Below, one piece after another: positions 12,576-25,881 of a stretch of DNA of 64,000 bases (positions are counted from its first letter, which is position 1; each line of letters starts with the position of its first letter). The notes under the pieces are model-generated. The model made no database searches. It had not been told where the DNA came from and saw only the letters and a program-made list of their open reading frames with translations. The position numbers and the translations under genes were made by a program. Source of the stretch: Eledone cirrhosa (lineage: Eukaryota); the NCBI GenBank assembly GCA_964016885.1, contig OZ024740.1, positions 376,216,001 through 376,280,000 on the forward strand, given 5' to 3'.

Positions 12576-15500
12576 GCAAGTCACCCAGTCTCGGTTTCTT
12601 CTTGATCCAGGACTGTAGCTCAGTCAAAAAGACGACAAACGGCGACCACACCTATTCACCGTTTAGGCGGAATATCTGGAGATGCCGCAGCTTCAGCACG
12701 TGTTTGCGCATCATTAGCCACGGCATGCCCAGCCGTCCACGTAGAGGGTGCTGGCAGCAGATGGACCGCCTCACCAACGGAACCTGAACAACTTCACAAG
12801 AATTTGAAGAGAACCCGTTCCAAGCCCGACCTTTCAGTGATAGCTTCCTCGCAGCCCATTTCTGGGTGAGACTGGCTACCCTGCCCCTCACCACGTCCCA
12901 ATCCTTATCCACCTGGAGTTCTGGTCCGAACCAAAACCCGAGCAACCTTACTGGTCCGTCCGTCCAGCGCCCAACGACGCTGTTGGACGGCATGGTCTTG
13001 CCCCTGCAGGTGCCGAGTTGCAAGCCCACCACTTTTCCGGGTTAAGTTTTGTTCCCGTCAACCTTTCATATTCCTCCAATAAGTTGCCGACCACCTCGAT
13101 TTCTGAGGTGTCCGACACCATCACGGTGATTCCGGCACAGTCTTTCGCGTCCAGGTTCGAGCGGGATACCCTGCAAGAGCTCCAGCTTCCTTAGTAAAGG
13201 CTCCAGAGTCAATACGTATAGAAGGGAGGAGAGAGGGCACCCTTGACGGAACTATCGGGAGATCTGAAACGGTTCCGAGAGGTGGCCATTAACTTTGACC
13301 ACTGAGCAGATGCTGCAGTGCATTGCAGCGATCCAGCTTCTGAATACGAGCCGAAGCCAGCTGCCTTGTGGGCAGCCTCCAGGTACATATGGTCGACCCT
13401 ATCGAATGCTTTCGATTGATCTAAATTGATCAGAGCCCCACCTAAACCAGGTTTACACCCTCTCTATGATGTATCACACCAGGTGGAGGTTGTCGTGTAT
13501 GGACCTGTTTGGGATTGCGCAAGTTTGCGCGGCCCCAACCAAATCCCCTCGACGACAAGCACCATCCTCTTCACTAACACCTTGGCCAAAATCTCAAATT
13601 CTGTGTTGAGCAGAGTTATGTGCCTGAAGTTGTCTAATGTGTCCCTCTTTTTCTCGTCTTTCCTTATCAGCGTCACTACGCCCCGGCTCACAGAACTGGC
13701 AATACTCCCGTTCTGCTCTCAGTTGCAGTAGAGCGCTTTGAGGAAATAGGAGAACACATCTGGCATTTTTACGTAAAGCTACAAGGGCAGACCATCCAAA
13801 CCGGGTGACTTGCGCCTCATGCAGGTGACAAGGGCATCCTGAATCTCTGCTGAAGTAATCAGCCTTTCGCAGCGCCCAGTATCGGCCGTCTACAGTTGCG
13901 GCAAGCCATAGAGGTAGGGACTAAAGTCTGCCACCGTTTCTGTCGCGCCACATCCCTCGAACAACCGACCAAAATATTGGCGAAAGGTCGCACACGCCCT
14001 CTTGGAATCGCTCAGCTCGTGTCAAAGACCGAATCTTAGTTTTATTACCACGCTGCGCCTCTGCCGCGAACAGCTTTGGTTCCCTCGTTTCTCAGAACAC
14101 GTTTCTCTTAGCTCTGACAATGCAACATTCGTGTTTCGAATTGAAGAGATGATCTAATGCCATTCTCGCCGCTAGCACGTTAGTTGCAATGCCACTACAA
14201 ATATCCTCGTCTAACTTATCTACCAACTCCCCCTCCTTTCTATTTTTCTCTAACGCTAATTCTTTACTAAACTCTATTGACATTACTCTAATCTCTCTTT
14301 CGAGAGCAGCCACCATCTATTGTTGACGAGTCCCCCTGTCAACCTTTTCTTAACTAAATTTTGACCCGGTCCCTCTAAGCCATACGTGCCGGAAATGACA
14401 TGTTCAGCTTCCAGTAACCAGATCCTAACCTACGCGTTTTATATAGGTCGACCATACAGATCACAAACATGTGATCTGAATAGGCGACCTGTTTAAAACG
14501 TGGACACCTTACACTATTTCTGTCAATTTTCCTAATGAATATCCTGTCTATATACGATCTAAATGACTCTATGTGGTTGGTCCAGGTCCACACTGGCGTA
14601 TTAGGGGAATCTAGTCGGTACCTGTCAGACAGTTGGAACTGGCTCATCAGGTATTTGAGGCTTTTGCACCCTGCGCTCCTATCGGATACTCCCACACAGT
14701 CCCAGCGTGCGTCTAAGATTCCATTTCAGTCAACCGCAAACAGTAAAGGGCGAGACGTACCCAGAAAGACTTCCAGGCGTCTAAAGAAGTCCGGTCGTCC
14801 TGCCCCAGTGGGGGCGTGGCCGCCCACCAGTCTAAAGACACCACTTTCGCTATTGTTCACATCCAGGACTACCATCTTACCTCCGGGTCCCGGAAGATCG
14901 ACCTTACCACGAGATCCAGGCCTTTCCTAAACGGCACTGCCACCCCATCTCCCATCCCCGGCTAACCAACAGATACGAAGATCTGATAGTCGTCGAAAAT
15001 GGGGGCTAGTGCGTGCGTGTCGGAAATCCTGGTCTTGCTGACAGCAATTACATCCATTTCTAGAGACATGAGTTCGTTGAGCAGGTGACCTTGCTTCCAG
15101 GATGATCCCAGGCCTCAAATATTTTAAACTACCTATTCTTAATACGGCCATGTTGGCAGTCTTGTGAAGATCGGGTAGTTTGATCTCCATAGTGGTGGGG
15201 TTACTTTTGGGAACCCCTTTAAAAATCTTGAAGTGGGTTTTACGTTCGGGGTTCCCACGTCCCGACGAAAGCTGTCTCGTATCTATTTGTATAAGTCGAG
15301 CAGTATTCGCACAGGAAACAAATCTTCCGGCACGCGAAATGTGCTCTATTTTAAAATTTCCCCCTTTTTTTGTATTTCTTCACTTCGTTCTATGAGGGCC
15401 GTAAGTTCCGTGTTGGCTCTTCTCACGAGCACGAAGTTTTGTATGCTTTGTTGGTATGATTTTATTTGTTTGCATGGCCGTGGTGGTGATGGTTTTGATA

Positions 15501-17306
15501 GTGTTGTTTCCGTTGTGTCTGTGTTTGTTATGAGTGCGGTGTCTGTGCTTTCAGATGTGTGGGTGTGTATTTGTTCAGGCGTCTGTTTAGGTTGTTTGCG
15601 TTTGGGGAATTCTGGTGATGGTGATGGTGGTCTTGGTGTTGGTGCTGTTGTGACGATGTCTGCGTGGGTGGTGTCTATTTTTTATTATGGATGTTTTTGT
15701 ACTTTGTTGAGTTTTTTTCTTTTTGTGTTTCTTTTTTTGTATTTTGGGGGATTTTGTTTTTCTTTCATCTTCACTATTGGTAGATGAGGGGTCTGCGTCT
15801 GTAAGTGTGTCTGTATCTGTGTGTGTGTTTGTGTTTTTATTGATCTGTGTATTTTGGGGGGAGGGGGAATTGATCAACATTCCTCGTTTCCCTCCTGGGT
15901 GGTCAATGTTGGTGGTGGTGTTTCTATTGGTGTTGTTGATTGTGGTTTTGCCGGTGCTAGTGTTGGTTGTGATCCTCGCCCCGGCGTCGGCAGCAGTGGA
16001 GACCTTCGACCCATTGCATCTTTCAGCAGTTGAGGGTGAGTGCAGAAGGCTCGCAAATGGGTTTTTTCCCACAAACGAAACAATGCGGCCTTTTGATCTC
16101 AGTCATAATGTGAATGACCGTCTCATTCTGAAGATGTATGTGGTCCGTGATTGTTTTGACATACCCCGGCATGATCTGGAGAAGTATCTCCAGGTCAACT
16201 CCGGACCAGTCCTCTCTGGCAGTTCTTGTTACTTCTATCGGGACTTTATCCGTCATCTCCACAATCATACATCCCAGAAGTCACGACATGTCAAGTGCTG
16301 TTGGGATTCAGGTAAGGCGGAGACGGGCTGTTCTTTTTCCTTGTTGGTTTTGCAAGGTCTCATAGTATGTTTCATAGCAAGGGCTTCTGACTTAAACAGC
16401 ACCGAAATGGTGCCGTATTGTCTGTCCCTCGCTATGTATTATTCGGTATCATCCCTGATGCACCTCAGCTCGACTTCGACATCTGTTTGTGGAACTAAAT
16501 CTGCCCCTTAGATTTCTGCTGAGATGCATATGTAATGCACAGTTCTGCGCTCCACTGCTTCAATGGCTTCTACCGGGACAGTTAAATTGGCCCAGGTTTT
16601 CTCTTGCATGATGAGCTTCCAGGCCTCGGCCAAGATTTCATTTTTGTTCAAGAGGTCGAAGCTGAAGCATGGCCTCTTTTTGGCTGCTACCGCAACGAAA
16701 GTATTATTCTTGTTGTCGTTGGTGGTGTGGTTGTTGTTGTCGTTGTTCTTCTTGGTGTTGTTGCTGTTAATACTGTTGCTGATGGTTATATATTTGGTGC
16801 CGCCGTTGTTGTTGTTCTCGGTGTAGTTGGTATTGTTGCTGTTGTTTTCATGTTAGTGGTGTTAATATTGTTGTTGCATTTGTTGTCACTTTTTCTGTTG
16901 TCTGTATTTTGGTTGTCGCTGTTACTGTTGAGGTTGGTGTGGTCATTTTTTACAAAATTAATGTTCTCAGTGTTGTTTTCATTGGTGTCTTTCTTCACGT
17001 TGTTTGTGGTGGTGGTTGTTGTATGAATTTCTGTAAATTTCGCCGTGATGCTCCTCTCAACTTTTACGTTGTTGTCACACGAAAGCAGACATATCGCTGG
17101 GGGCGTGGCTCAGCCATGTTCTTTTTATTTTTTCCATAATATGTTAAAATGTAAAAAGTTCAAATATTTGGGCCCAAAAGCCTTTCCCCTCACAGAGCAA
17201 AGTCCAAGTCTTATATCTCTTGCACAACAAAATTAAACAATAAATAAGTTTTGACAGGTAAATAAAGAGACTTATGGGAGCGAGCAGAAAGACGTCCGTT
17301 CAGACC
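12576..17306 (-). mobile_element. Tx1/L1-clade LINE copy 2, 5' end present, 3' end missing, decayed
   Basis: ORF1 with zinc-knuckle remnant (RPHCFVCG..THLRAFC); ORF2 ATG at 15151 with APE and RT fragments. Confidence 0.88.
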
Positions 17307-17324
17307 AATAATAATAATGATAAT

Positions 17325-20300
17325 GATTTAATGTATTAGCCACAAGGGCCGCCGACATGTAGGGGACAATACAAAGACAGGGAGAGTGGGGGTTTACAAT
17401 AAAGTCGAGTAAAAGTGCACAATGGAAAGACTAATTTAACAATGAAGATTTAAAAAATATAAAATAAACTATGCATAAATATAACAAAATAAATTACCCG
17501 ATAGGGGGTGGAAGACCCTGGGGTGACTCGGGTACCCCATCAATCCTGAACCACCCTGCGCTTCTAGGGCACCCAGGGAGAGCACCCCTCTCCTCAAGTT
17601 AGCTAGCCTATAGGCGCATGGTCAGAGTAGGCCCATTGACACGGGCCATTCTCGCCACATTCATCCACCTTTTAGCAAATGTACTGGGGGGCAGCACTTC
17701 TCTGTCCACCCTCACCTTCCTTTCCAGGTGAAACTTGAAGAAGTTGCTGATGGATTGGCCGAAGAGAAAAGGGTCTGTCTTCAGTCCTATTAATCTGGTC
17801 CACCATATAACCTCTTTTGCAACTGCCACGAGACAGAGGAAAGTTTCCTGCTCTTCCTGACCTAAGGAAGGCGGCGGTTCGATCTTCACTATGGACTCGC
17901 CCGATAGCCGGATTCGTTCCACACGCGACCGTAGATGTTCGACATAACTCCACAAGTCAGTAATGCACGGACATTGGACAAATGCGTGCAGAACGGTTTT
18001 GTCGTTCTGTGCGCATCTTGGGCAGGTCCGTCTGACAGCACTTCAGTGCCCCCCGATAGCACTCAACGCATGTCTGCGAATCATTAACAACGGCATGCCC
18101 AGCCCTCCGCGTACAGGGTTCTAACAGCAGATGGAGCGCCTCACCAACGGAACTTGTCTCCTCCACAAGAATTTGAAGAGGAACCGTTCCGATTTGACGA
18201 GGCGCGGACGGGGGAAAGGCACGACGGTCAGGCGGTAGTAGATGACGGACGTGATGTACGCATTCGCCACCTCCGCGCGACCTTTCAGTGATAGCTTCCT
18301 CCAAGCCCATTTTTGAGTGAGACTGGCTACTCTGCTCGTTACCTCGTCCCAATTATTTTCTACCTGGAGGTCTGGTCCGAACCAAACCCCGAGCAACTTT
18401 ATCAGCCTGTCCCTCCAGCGCCCCACGACGCTGTTGGACGGCATGGGCTTGCCTCTCCAGGTTCCGAGCTGCAAGCCCACCGACTTTTCCCGGTTAAGTT
18501 TGGCTCCTGTCAACCTTTCATATTCCTTCAATAATGTGCCGACCACCTCGATTTCTGAGGTGTTCGACACCATCACGGTGATGTCGTCCGCATAAGCCGA
18601 CACCGCCTTTCCATGCCCCGGTTCGATCGGGATGCCCTGAAACATTTCCAGCTTCCGCAGTAAAGGCTCGAGAGTCAATACGTACAGAAGGGAAGAGAGG
18701 GCACCCTTACGGACTGATCGGGAGCGCCGAAATGGTTCCGAGAGGTTGCCATTAACCTTTACCACCGAGCGTGTACCGCTCTGCATTGCACGATCCAGCT
18801 TCTGAAGACAGGGCCGAAGCCAGCTGCTTTGAGGACAAACTCCAGATACCAATGGTCGACCCTATCGAATGCTTTCTATTGATCTAAATTGATCAGTGCC
18901 CCACCGAAGGCAGGTTTACACCCTACTCTCTCTATGATGTATCGCATGAGATGGAGAGTGTCGTGTATGGACCTGGCTGGGATTGCGCAAGTTTGTGCCT
19001 CCCCAACCAAATCCTCGACAACAAGCGCCAATCTCTTTGCAAATACCTTGACCAAAATCTTAAACTCTGTGTTGAGCAGAGTTATGGGCCTGAAGTTTTC
19101 TAATGTATCCCTCTTGTTCTCGTCTTTCCTTATCAGTGTCACCACTCCCCTCCTCACAGAACTGGGAATACTCCCATTCTGCTGCCAGTTGCAGTAGAGT
19201 GCTTCGAGGAGATCGGAGAACAAGTCTGGCATATTTACGTAAAGCTCATAGGTCAGGTGACTTGCGCCTCATGCAGCCGACAAGGGCATCCTGAATTTCA
19301 CTGAAGTAATCGCTCTTTCGCAGCACTCAGCATCGAACGTCGAGATGCGCGGCAAGCCTTCAAGTAGGGACTGAAATCCGCTACTCTCTCTGACTTGCCA
19401 CTCTCCACGAACAACCGAGCAAAGTGCTGGCGAAAGGCCTCACACATCCGCTTGTAATCGCTTATTTCGTGTCCGTCTCGGTCCGCCAAAGACTGAATTG
19501 TGGTTTTATTACCACGCTGCGCCTCCACCACGCGGGCCCATCGAACAACTTTGGTTCCCTCGTTTCTCAGCGCACAACATTAGCTCTGACAATGCAACCT
19601 TCGTGTTTCGCATTGAAGAAATGGTATAATGCCATTCTCGCCGCTAGCACGTCAGTTGCAATGCCACTACAAATACCCTCATCTAACTTATCTATGAGCT
19701 CACCCTTCTTTCTATTTTTCTCTAACACTACTTCTTTGCTGAACTCTACCGAAGTTACTCTAATCTCTCTTTTGAGAGCCTCCCACCATATGATCCCCCT
19801 GTCAACTTTTGCTTAACTAAATTGTTGACTCGGTCTCTGTAAGCATTACGTGGCCGAAATGACATGCTCAGCTTCCAGTAACCCTGTCCCAACCTACGCG
19901 TTTTATCTAGGTCGACCATACATTTCACAAATTTGTGATCTGAATAGGCGACCGTTTTAAAAAGTGAGCAACCTACACTATTTCTATCTATTTTCCTAAT
20001 GAAGATCCCGTCTATATACGATCTAGATGACCCCATTCGGTTGGTCCATGTCCATACTGGCACATTGGGGAAATCTAGTCGATACCTGTCAGACAGTTGG
20101 AACTGGCTGAGTAGGTGCTTGAGGCTTTTGCACCCCCGCTCCTATCAGCTACTCCCACACAATCCCAGCGTGCGTCTAAGATGCCATTCCAGTCCCCCGC
20201 TAACAGTAAAGGGCGAGACATACACAGAAAGTTCCAGGCGCCTAAAGAAGTCCGGTCGTCCGGCTCCTGTAGGGGCGTAGACGGCCACCAATATAAAGGC

Positions 20301-22147
20301 ACCACCTTCGCTACTGCTCACATCCAAGACCACCAACCTACCGTCCGGGTCCCGGAAGATCGATCTTACCTCGAGATCCAGTCCTTTCCTAAACAGCACT
20401 GCCACCCCACCTCCCATTCCCGGTCTGCTAACAGATGGGAAGATTGATAGTCGTCGAATATGGGGGCTAGTGCGCGCGTCCCACATCCATTTCCAGCGAT
20501 CTGAGGTCGTTGAGCAGGCGACCCTGCTTCCAGGGTGACTCCAGGCCGCGAACATTTAAACTTCCTACTCTTAATATGGACATGCTGGCAAGCTAAAAGA
20601 GAGCGGGAAGGTTCACTTACCTCTCGGGGTCTTGTGAAGATCGGGTGGTTCGACCTCCATGGTTGGTGGGGTTTCTTTTGGGTACCCCTTTAAAAGTCTC
20701 GGTGTGGGTTTCACATTCGGGGTTCCCACGTCTTGAGGAAAGCCCTCCCGAATTTCTTTGAAGGAATCGAGTGACATTCGCACCAGAAGCAAAATGTGCT
20801 CATTCCAAAAACCTCCCCTTCTGTTTGAATGTCCTCGCTTCGTGCTAAGAGGGCTATCAGTTTATCGTTGGCCCTTCTGACAAGCACGAAGTTTTCGACA
20901 TTTTGTTGGTGTGGTTTTATTTGTTTTCGTTTTGGTGGCGTTGTTTCGTGTAAGTCTGTATTTGTTGTAGGTGTGGTGTCTGCAATTTCAGGTATTTGTG
21001 TGTTTATTTGCACTTGTGTTTGTTTAGGTTGTTTGCGTTTCGGAGATTGTGGGGGTGGTGTCAATGTTGTTGTTGGTGCTGATGTTATTGGGGAAGTGTT
21101 TGCGTTAGTGGTGTCTGTAATTTTTGTTGTGTATGATTTTGTTTTGATGGGGCTTTTTTTGTGTGAGTTTTCCGCTGGAAGACGAAGGGTCTGTGGCTGT
21201 GAGTGTCTCTGTGTCAGTGTGTGCGTTTACTGTTTTGTCTAATTGGGGGTGGTAGGGGGAGTGGGAGATCTTTCCTGGATTTCCCCTTGGATTGGTTTCG
21301 TTGTTGGTAGTGGTCCGGCTGTTTTTGATGTTGGTGTCCGTGTCTTTGTTGGTGTTGTTTTTTGTGGTGGTGGTGGGGCAACTTTCCGTGCTGACACTGG
21401 CGTTGGCCACAAAGGAAGTTTGCGACCCCCTGCACTTTTGCGCTGAGGGCAGGAGGCCGGCAGATGCGTTGCTTCCCCGCAGACGAAGCAGTGCGGCCTT
21501 CTTCCCTCAGTGATTAGTTGGATTGTTGTCCCGTCCTACAGGCGGGCAAAATCCGGGATGTTGTTCATGTCCTCCGGTTTCATTTGGAGAAAAATCTCCA
21601 AATCCATTCCGGACCAGTCTTCTCTCTCTGTCCTTTTGATATCAAGGAGGGTAGTGTCTCTTCCCTCCTTGATTACGCATCCCAGCAGCCACCATATGTT
21701 CATTCCTGATGGGATGCTGTGAATGCGGACCATTACTGTCCTTTTACCCATGTAGGACGGGTGCATGATAATGCGTTCCAATCTGCAGGGGGTCACCGAG
21801 TGCTTAATAGCAAGTGCCTAGGTTTTAAACAGTACCGAGATGGTACCGAACTGTTTGGCTCTTGCGTTATACTCTATGTCACTTCCGATGCACTCTAACG
21901 CAGCCTTGACCTCTGCTTGGCTGGCAAGTTCAACTTTTCGTCTCTGCCCCGAAATGCATCGAAAGTACACCGTCCTCCACTGCATGGCCGCTATTGCCCC
22001 GTCCAGGATGGTCAGGTGTGCCCAGGACTTCTCCCTTTTAATTAGCCTCCACTACTAGAAAATACAAAAAATGATACATTAAAACAGATTTAAGTTACGA
22101 ACCTTTTCCCCCGCAGACTTGTACTGTCTTCACACATGTGCGTCCAC
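17325..22147 (-). mobile_element. Tx1/L1-clade LINE copy 3, with an internal deletion in the 5' part of ORF1
   Basis: ORF2 fragments from 20583 to 17608 (FRPITLLNTEFKIL, SAYADD); related to copy 2; AAT tracts on both sides. Confidence 0.9.

Positions 22148-22203
<56 letters not shown>
22148..22203 (+). repeat. (AAT)n tract between Tx1 copies 3 and 4
   Basis: Pure AAT repeat. Confidence 0.97.
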
Positions 22204-22204
<1 letters not shown>

Positions 22205-22446
22205 TTTTCTTTATTAACCACAAGGGTTCACATAAACTAGACATTAAGGACAGTACAGGACAATACAGGACGGTAGAAATGGGCATTTCTACGTGTAAAA
22301 AAACAGAGGTTGAAATAAAATAACAAAGAAAAATTCCCCAATAGGGGGGAGACTTCCAAGGGACATTTGTGGAGAAAGCCCATTAAAATACCACAGTGGC
22401 CCTGACCACCAGGGCAAGTGCCCTCTCCCAGTTTTCCACCTTTAAT

Positions 22447-25400
22447 TTACAGACACATACTCAGAAAAGGCCCATTAATTCGGGCCATACTTGCTTCTCT
22501 CACCCATCTTTCAACAAAATGCTGGGAAGAGAGCACTTCCCTCTCTACCCTGATTTTCCTTTTCAAATGAAATTTGAAAAAGTTAATCAGGGCATCACCG
22601 AAGAGGTAAGTGCTCGTCTTCAGCCCTTTCAAACGTGTCCACCATACTATCTCTTTCGCCATGGCCACCAGACAGATAAAAACTGCCTGCCCTTCCAGGC
22701 TAAAGGAAGAGGGCGGGGCAATCCTCACGATGGACTCAGCTGATAGCTGGAACCGTCCTACACGTGACAGCAGGTGTTCGACATAAACCCACAAGTCAGC
22801 AATGCTCGGACACTGGACGAGTGCGTGCAGGACGGTTTCGTCGCCCTGCGCGCATCTCGGACATGCCCGGCTGACGGCACCTCCATGCCTGTAGAGTTTA
22901 TCCCGAACTGGCAAAGCTCCTCGGTAGCACTGCCAGGCCAGGGATTTCTGGAAGTTGTCCATAGGCCCCGGCCCGAAAGTCCTTCCGAAGAGATTGGCTA
23001 GTTGATTTTCGTCGACGCCTAGAGTTTCTCCAAGTACGTCGTCGCTCTTCCCCTCCACTAATCCCCTATAGAACGCCAAGGTGGAGTTTCCACCGATCAC
23101 ATTGCCCGATTGGCCGAGGGCTGTGAGCGCCTGAAGACATTCCAGTCTCCAAGCGCTCCCTCTTGGTCTTCGCTTGACCCAGGACTGCAGCTCCGTCAAG
23201 GAGACGAGCTGGGGAAAAACGTGTCTTGCAAACGGCGACCACACCTGATCACCGTCGAGGAAGAGGTGGAGATGTCGTAGCCTGAGCGCGTGTCTGCGCA
23301 TCATCAGCCACGGCATGCCCAGCCCTCCACGTAGCGGGTGTTGACAGCAGATGGACCGCCTGACCATCGGAGCGCGTCCCTTCCACAAGAAGCGAAAGAG
23401 CAAACGCTCCAGCGCAGTCAGGCGGGGCTTAGGACAAGGTACGACGGTCAGGCGGTAGTAGATGACGGATGCGATGTACGCATTCGCCACCTCCGCTCGA
23501 CCTTTCAGGGATAGCTTCCTCTCGGCCCATTTCTGGGTGAGAGAAGCCACCCTGCTCGTCACCTCGTCCCGGTTTTTGTCCGTCTGGAGGTCTGGACCGA
23601 ACCAGACCCCTAGCAATTTAATCGGTCCGTCCGTCCAGCGCCCAACGACGCTGTTGGACGGCATGGACCTGCCTCTCCAGGTGCCGAGCTGCAGGCCCAC
23701 TGACTTTTCCTGGTTGATCATTGCTCCTGTCACCGCTTCGTATTCTCTTAGTGTAGTGCCGATCGTCTCGATGTGTTTGGCGTTCGACACCACTACGGTG
23801 ACATCGTCGGCATATGCTGACACGGATCTTCCGCATCCTAGTTCGCGCGGGACCCCCCTCAACGTCTCCAGTTTGTGCAGTAATGGCTCGAGAGTCAATA
23901 CGTACAATAGGGACGAGAGGGGACATCCTTGGCGGACCGAGCGCATGATGTTGAACGGTTCCGAAAGGTGACCGTTCACTCTCACTACAGAGCAGATGTC
24001 GCTGGTGCATGGCAGCGATCCAGCCTCTGAAGACGGGCCCAAAGCCAGCCGCCGTCAGGACTGCCGCTAGGTAACGATGGTCGACCCTATCGAAGGCTTT
24101 CGACTGATCTAAATTGATCAAAGACCCACCCGTGCCAGGTTCCCTAGCTACCCTCTCTACGATGTATCGCATGAGGTGGAGGTTGTCGTGGATGGATCTG
24201 TCGGGAATGGCGCATGTCTGTGCCTCTCCCACCAGACCACCAACGACAAGCGCCAACCTCTTTGCTAGCACCTTGGCCAAAATCTTGAACTCTGTGTTTA
24301 GCAGAGTTATGGGCCTAACATTATCTATGTTATCCCCCTTGTTCGGATCCTTTCTCAGCAGCGCCACCGCTCCTCGGCTCACAGAGCTGGGAATTCTCCC
24401 GTTCTGTTGCCAGTTGCAGTAGACGTCCGCCAAGAGGCCTCAGAACAAGTTCATAGGGCAAACCATCCAAACCAGGCGATTTACCCCTTGTGCAACTAGT
24501 CATTGCATCCCGTACTTCAGTGGTTGTTATCGGCTTTTCGCAACACTCCGCCTCAGTGGCCGAAAGCCGCGGCAGTCCGTCGAGGTAGACACTAAAGTCC
24601 ATCCCTCGATCCGGCCCGCCACTGCCCCCGAACAGTTGAGCGAAGTGTCGCTGAAAAGCTTCACACATTTGCCCGGGATCGAGTAGCATGCGCCCGTCGT
24701 GGTCCACCAAAGACCGGATCGTGGCTTTGTTGCCACGACGCGCCTCCGCCACTCGGGCCCATTGAACGGCTTTCGTCCCCTCGTGTCTGAGAGCACGCAC
24801 CCTAGCTCTGACAACGCAGCCTTCGTGCTTTGCATTGAAGAATTGGTCAAGGGCCAATTTCGCCGCAAGTACGTCGGTCGCGATGCCTTTGCTAAGCGCC
24901 TCATCTAATTTTCTAACTAATTCTCCCTCTGCTCTATTTTTCTCTATTGCTAAAGTCTTACTAAACCTAATGGACTCTATTCTAATTGCTCTTTTCAGAG
25001 CAAACCACCACTTGTTGTTGACGATGGCACCCGTCAACGCCCGCTTAACTAGTTCGCTAATCCGGTCTCTGTAGGCCTTGCGCGCTGGTAAGGACGCGTT
25101 TAGCTTCCAGTAGCCGGGTCCTCGTCTATGAAGCCTATCTAAGTCAAGCACACAGATCACGATTTTGTGGTCCGTGTAGCTGACTATCTTGAATTGTGGA
25201 CAGCCTATGCTAGACCTATCTATTTCCCTACAAAGTACTCTATCTAGATATGATCTGGATGACCCTATGCGATTTGTTCAAGTCCACATTGGTACATTCG
25301 GGAAATCCATTCGGTACCTGTCAGACAGTTCAAAACGTCTGAGCAGGTTGGTGAGACTCTTGCACCCTCCTTCCCTATCCACTAATCTCACACAATCCCA

Positions 25401-25847
25401 GCGTGCATCTAAGATCCCGTTCCAGTCGCCCACTAACACTAAAGAGCGGGACGTTCCAAGAAAGGTCTCCAGACGCCGGAAGAAATCAGGCCGCCCTGTT
25501 CCTGTCGGGGCATAGACGGCCACTAACCTGAAAGCTTGCCCGTCTCCGCTGGTCACGTCCGGCACCACCAATTTACCTTCTGGGTCCAGGAAGATGGCCC
25601 GTATGGCAAGATCCAAACCTCTCCGAAAAAGCACAGCAACTCCTCCCCCCGATCCCGGACGGCTGGGAGATGCGTACACATCGTAGCCGCCGAAGATCGG
25701 TGCGAAAGCCTGTGCTTCGGAGATTCTGGTCTCGCTGATGGCCACTACATCTATGTTTAGTGACCTGAGGTCGTTGAGCAGGTGGCCCTGCTTCCATGAC
25801 GACCCCAAGCCACGCGCATTTATGCTGCCTATTCTGAGTGAGGTCAT
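22447..25847 (-). pseudogene. ORF2 (APE endonuclease, RT, C-terminal zinc finger) of Tx1 copy 4
   Basis: SINARGL, ISETRI, LVGDWN, SPGLDGLPYE, LDQSKAFDRVDH, SVRQGCPLS, YADD, CPRC..ETVLHALVQC. One TGG to TGA nonsense change at 25278 and frameshifts near 24450 and 24005. Confidence 0.93.
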
Positions 25848-25881
25848 GTTGAAAAGGAATGGAAAAGATGGGAAAGACCAC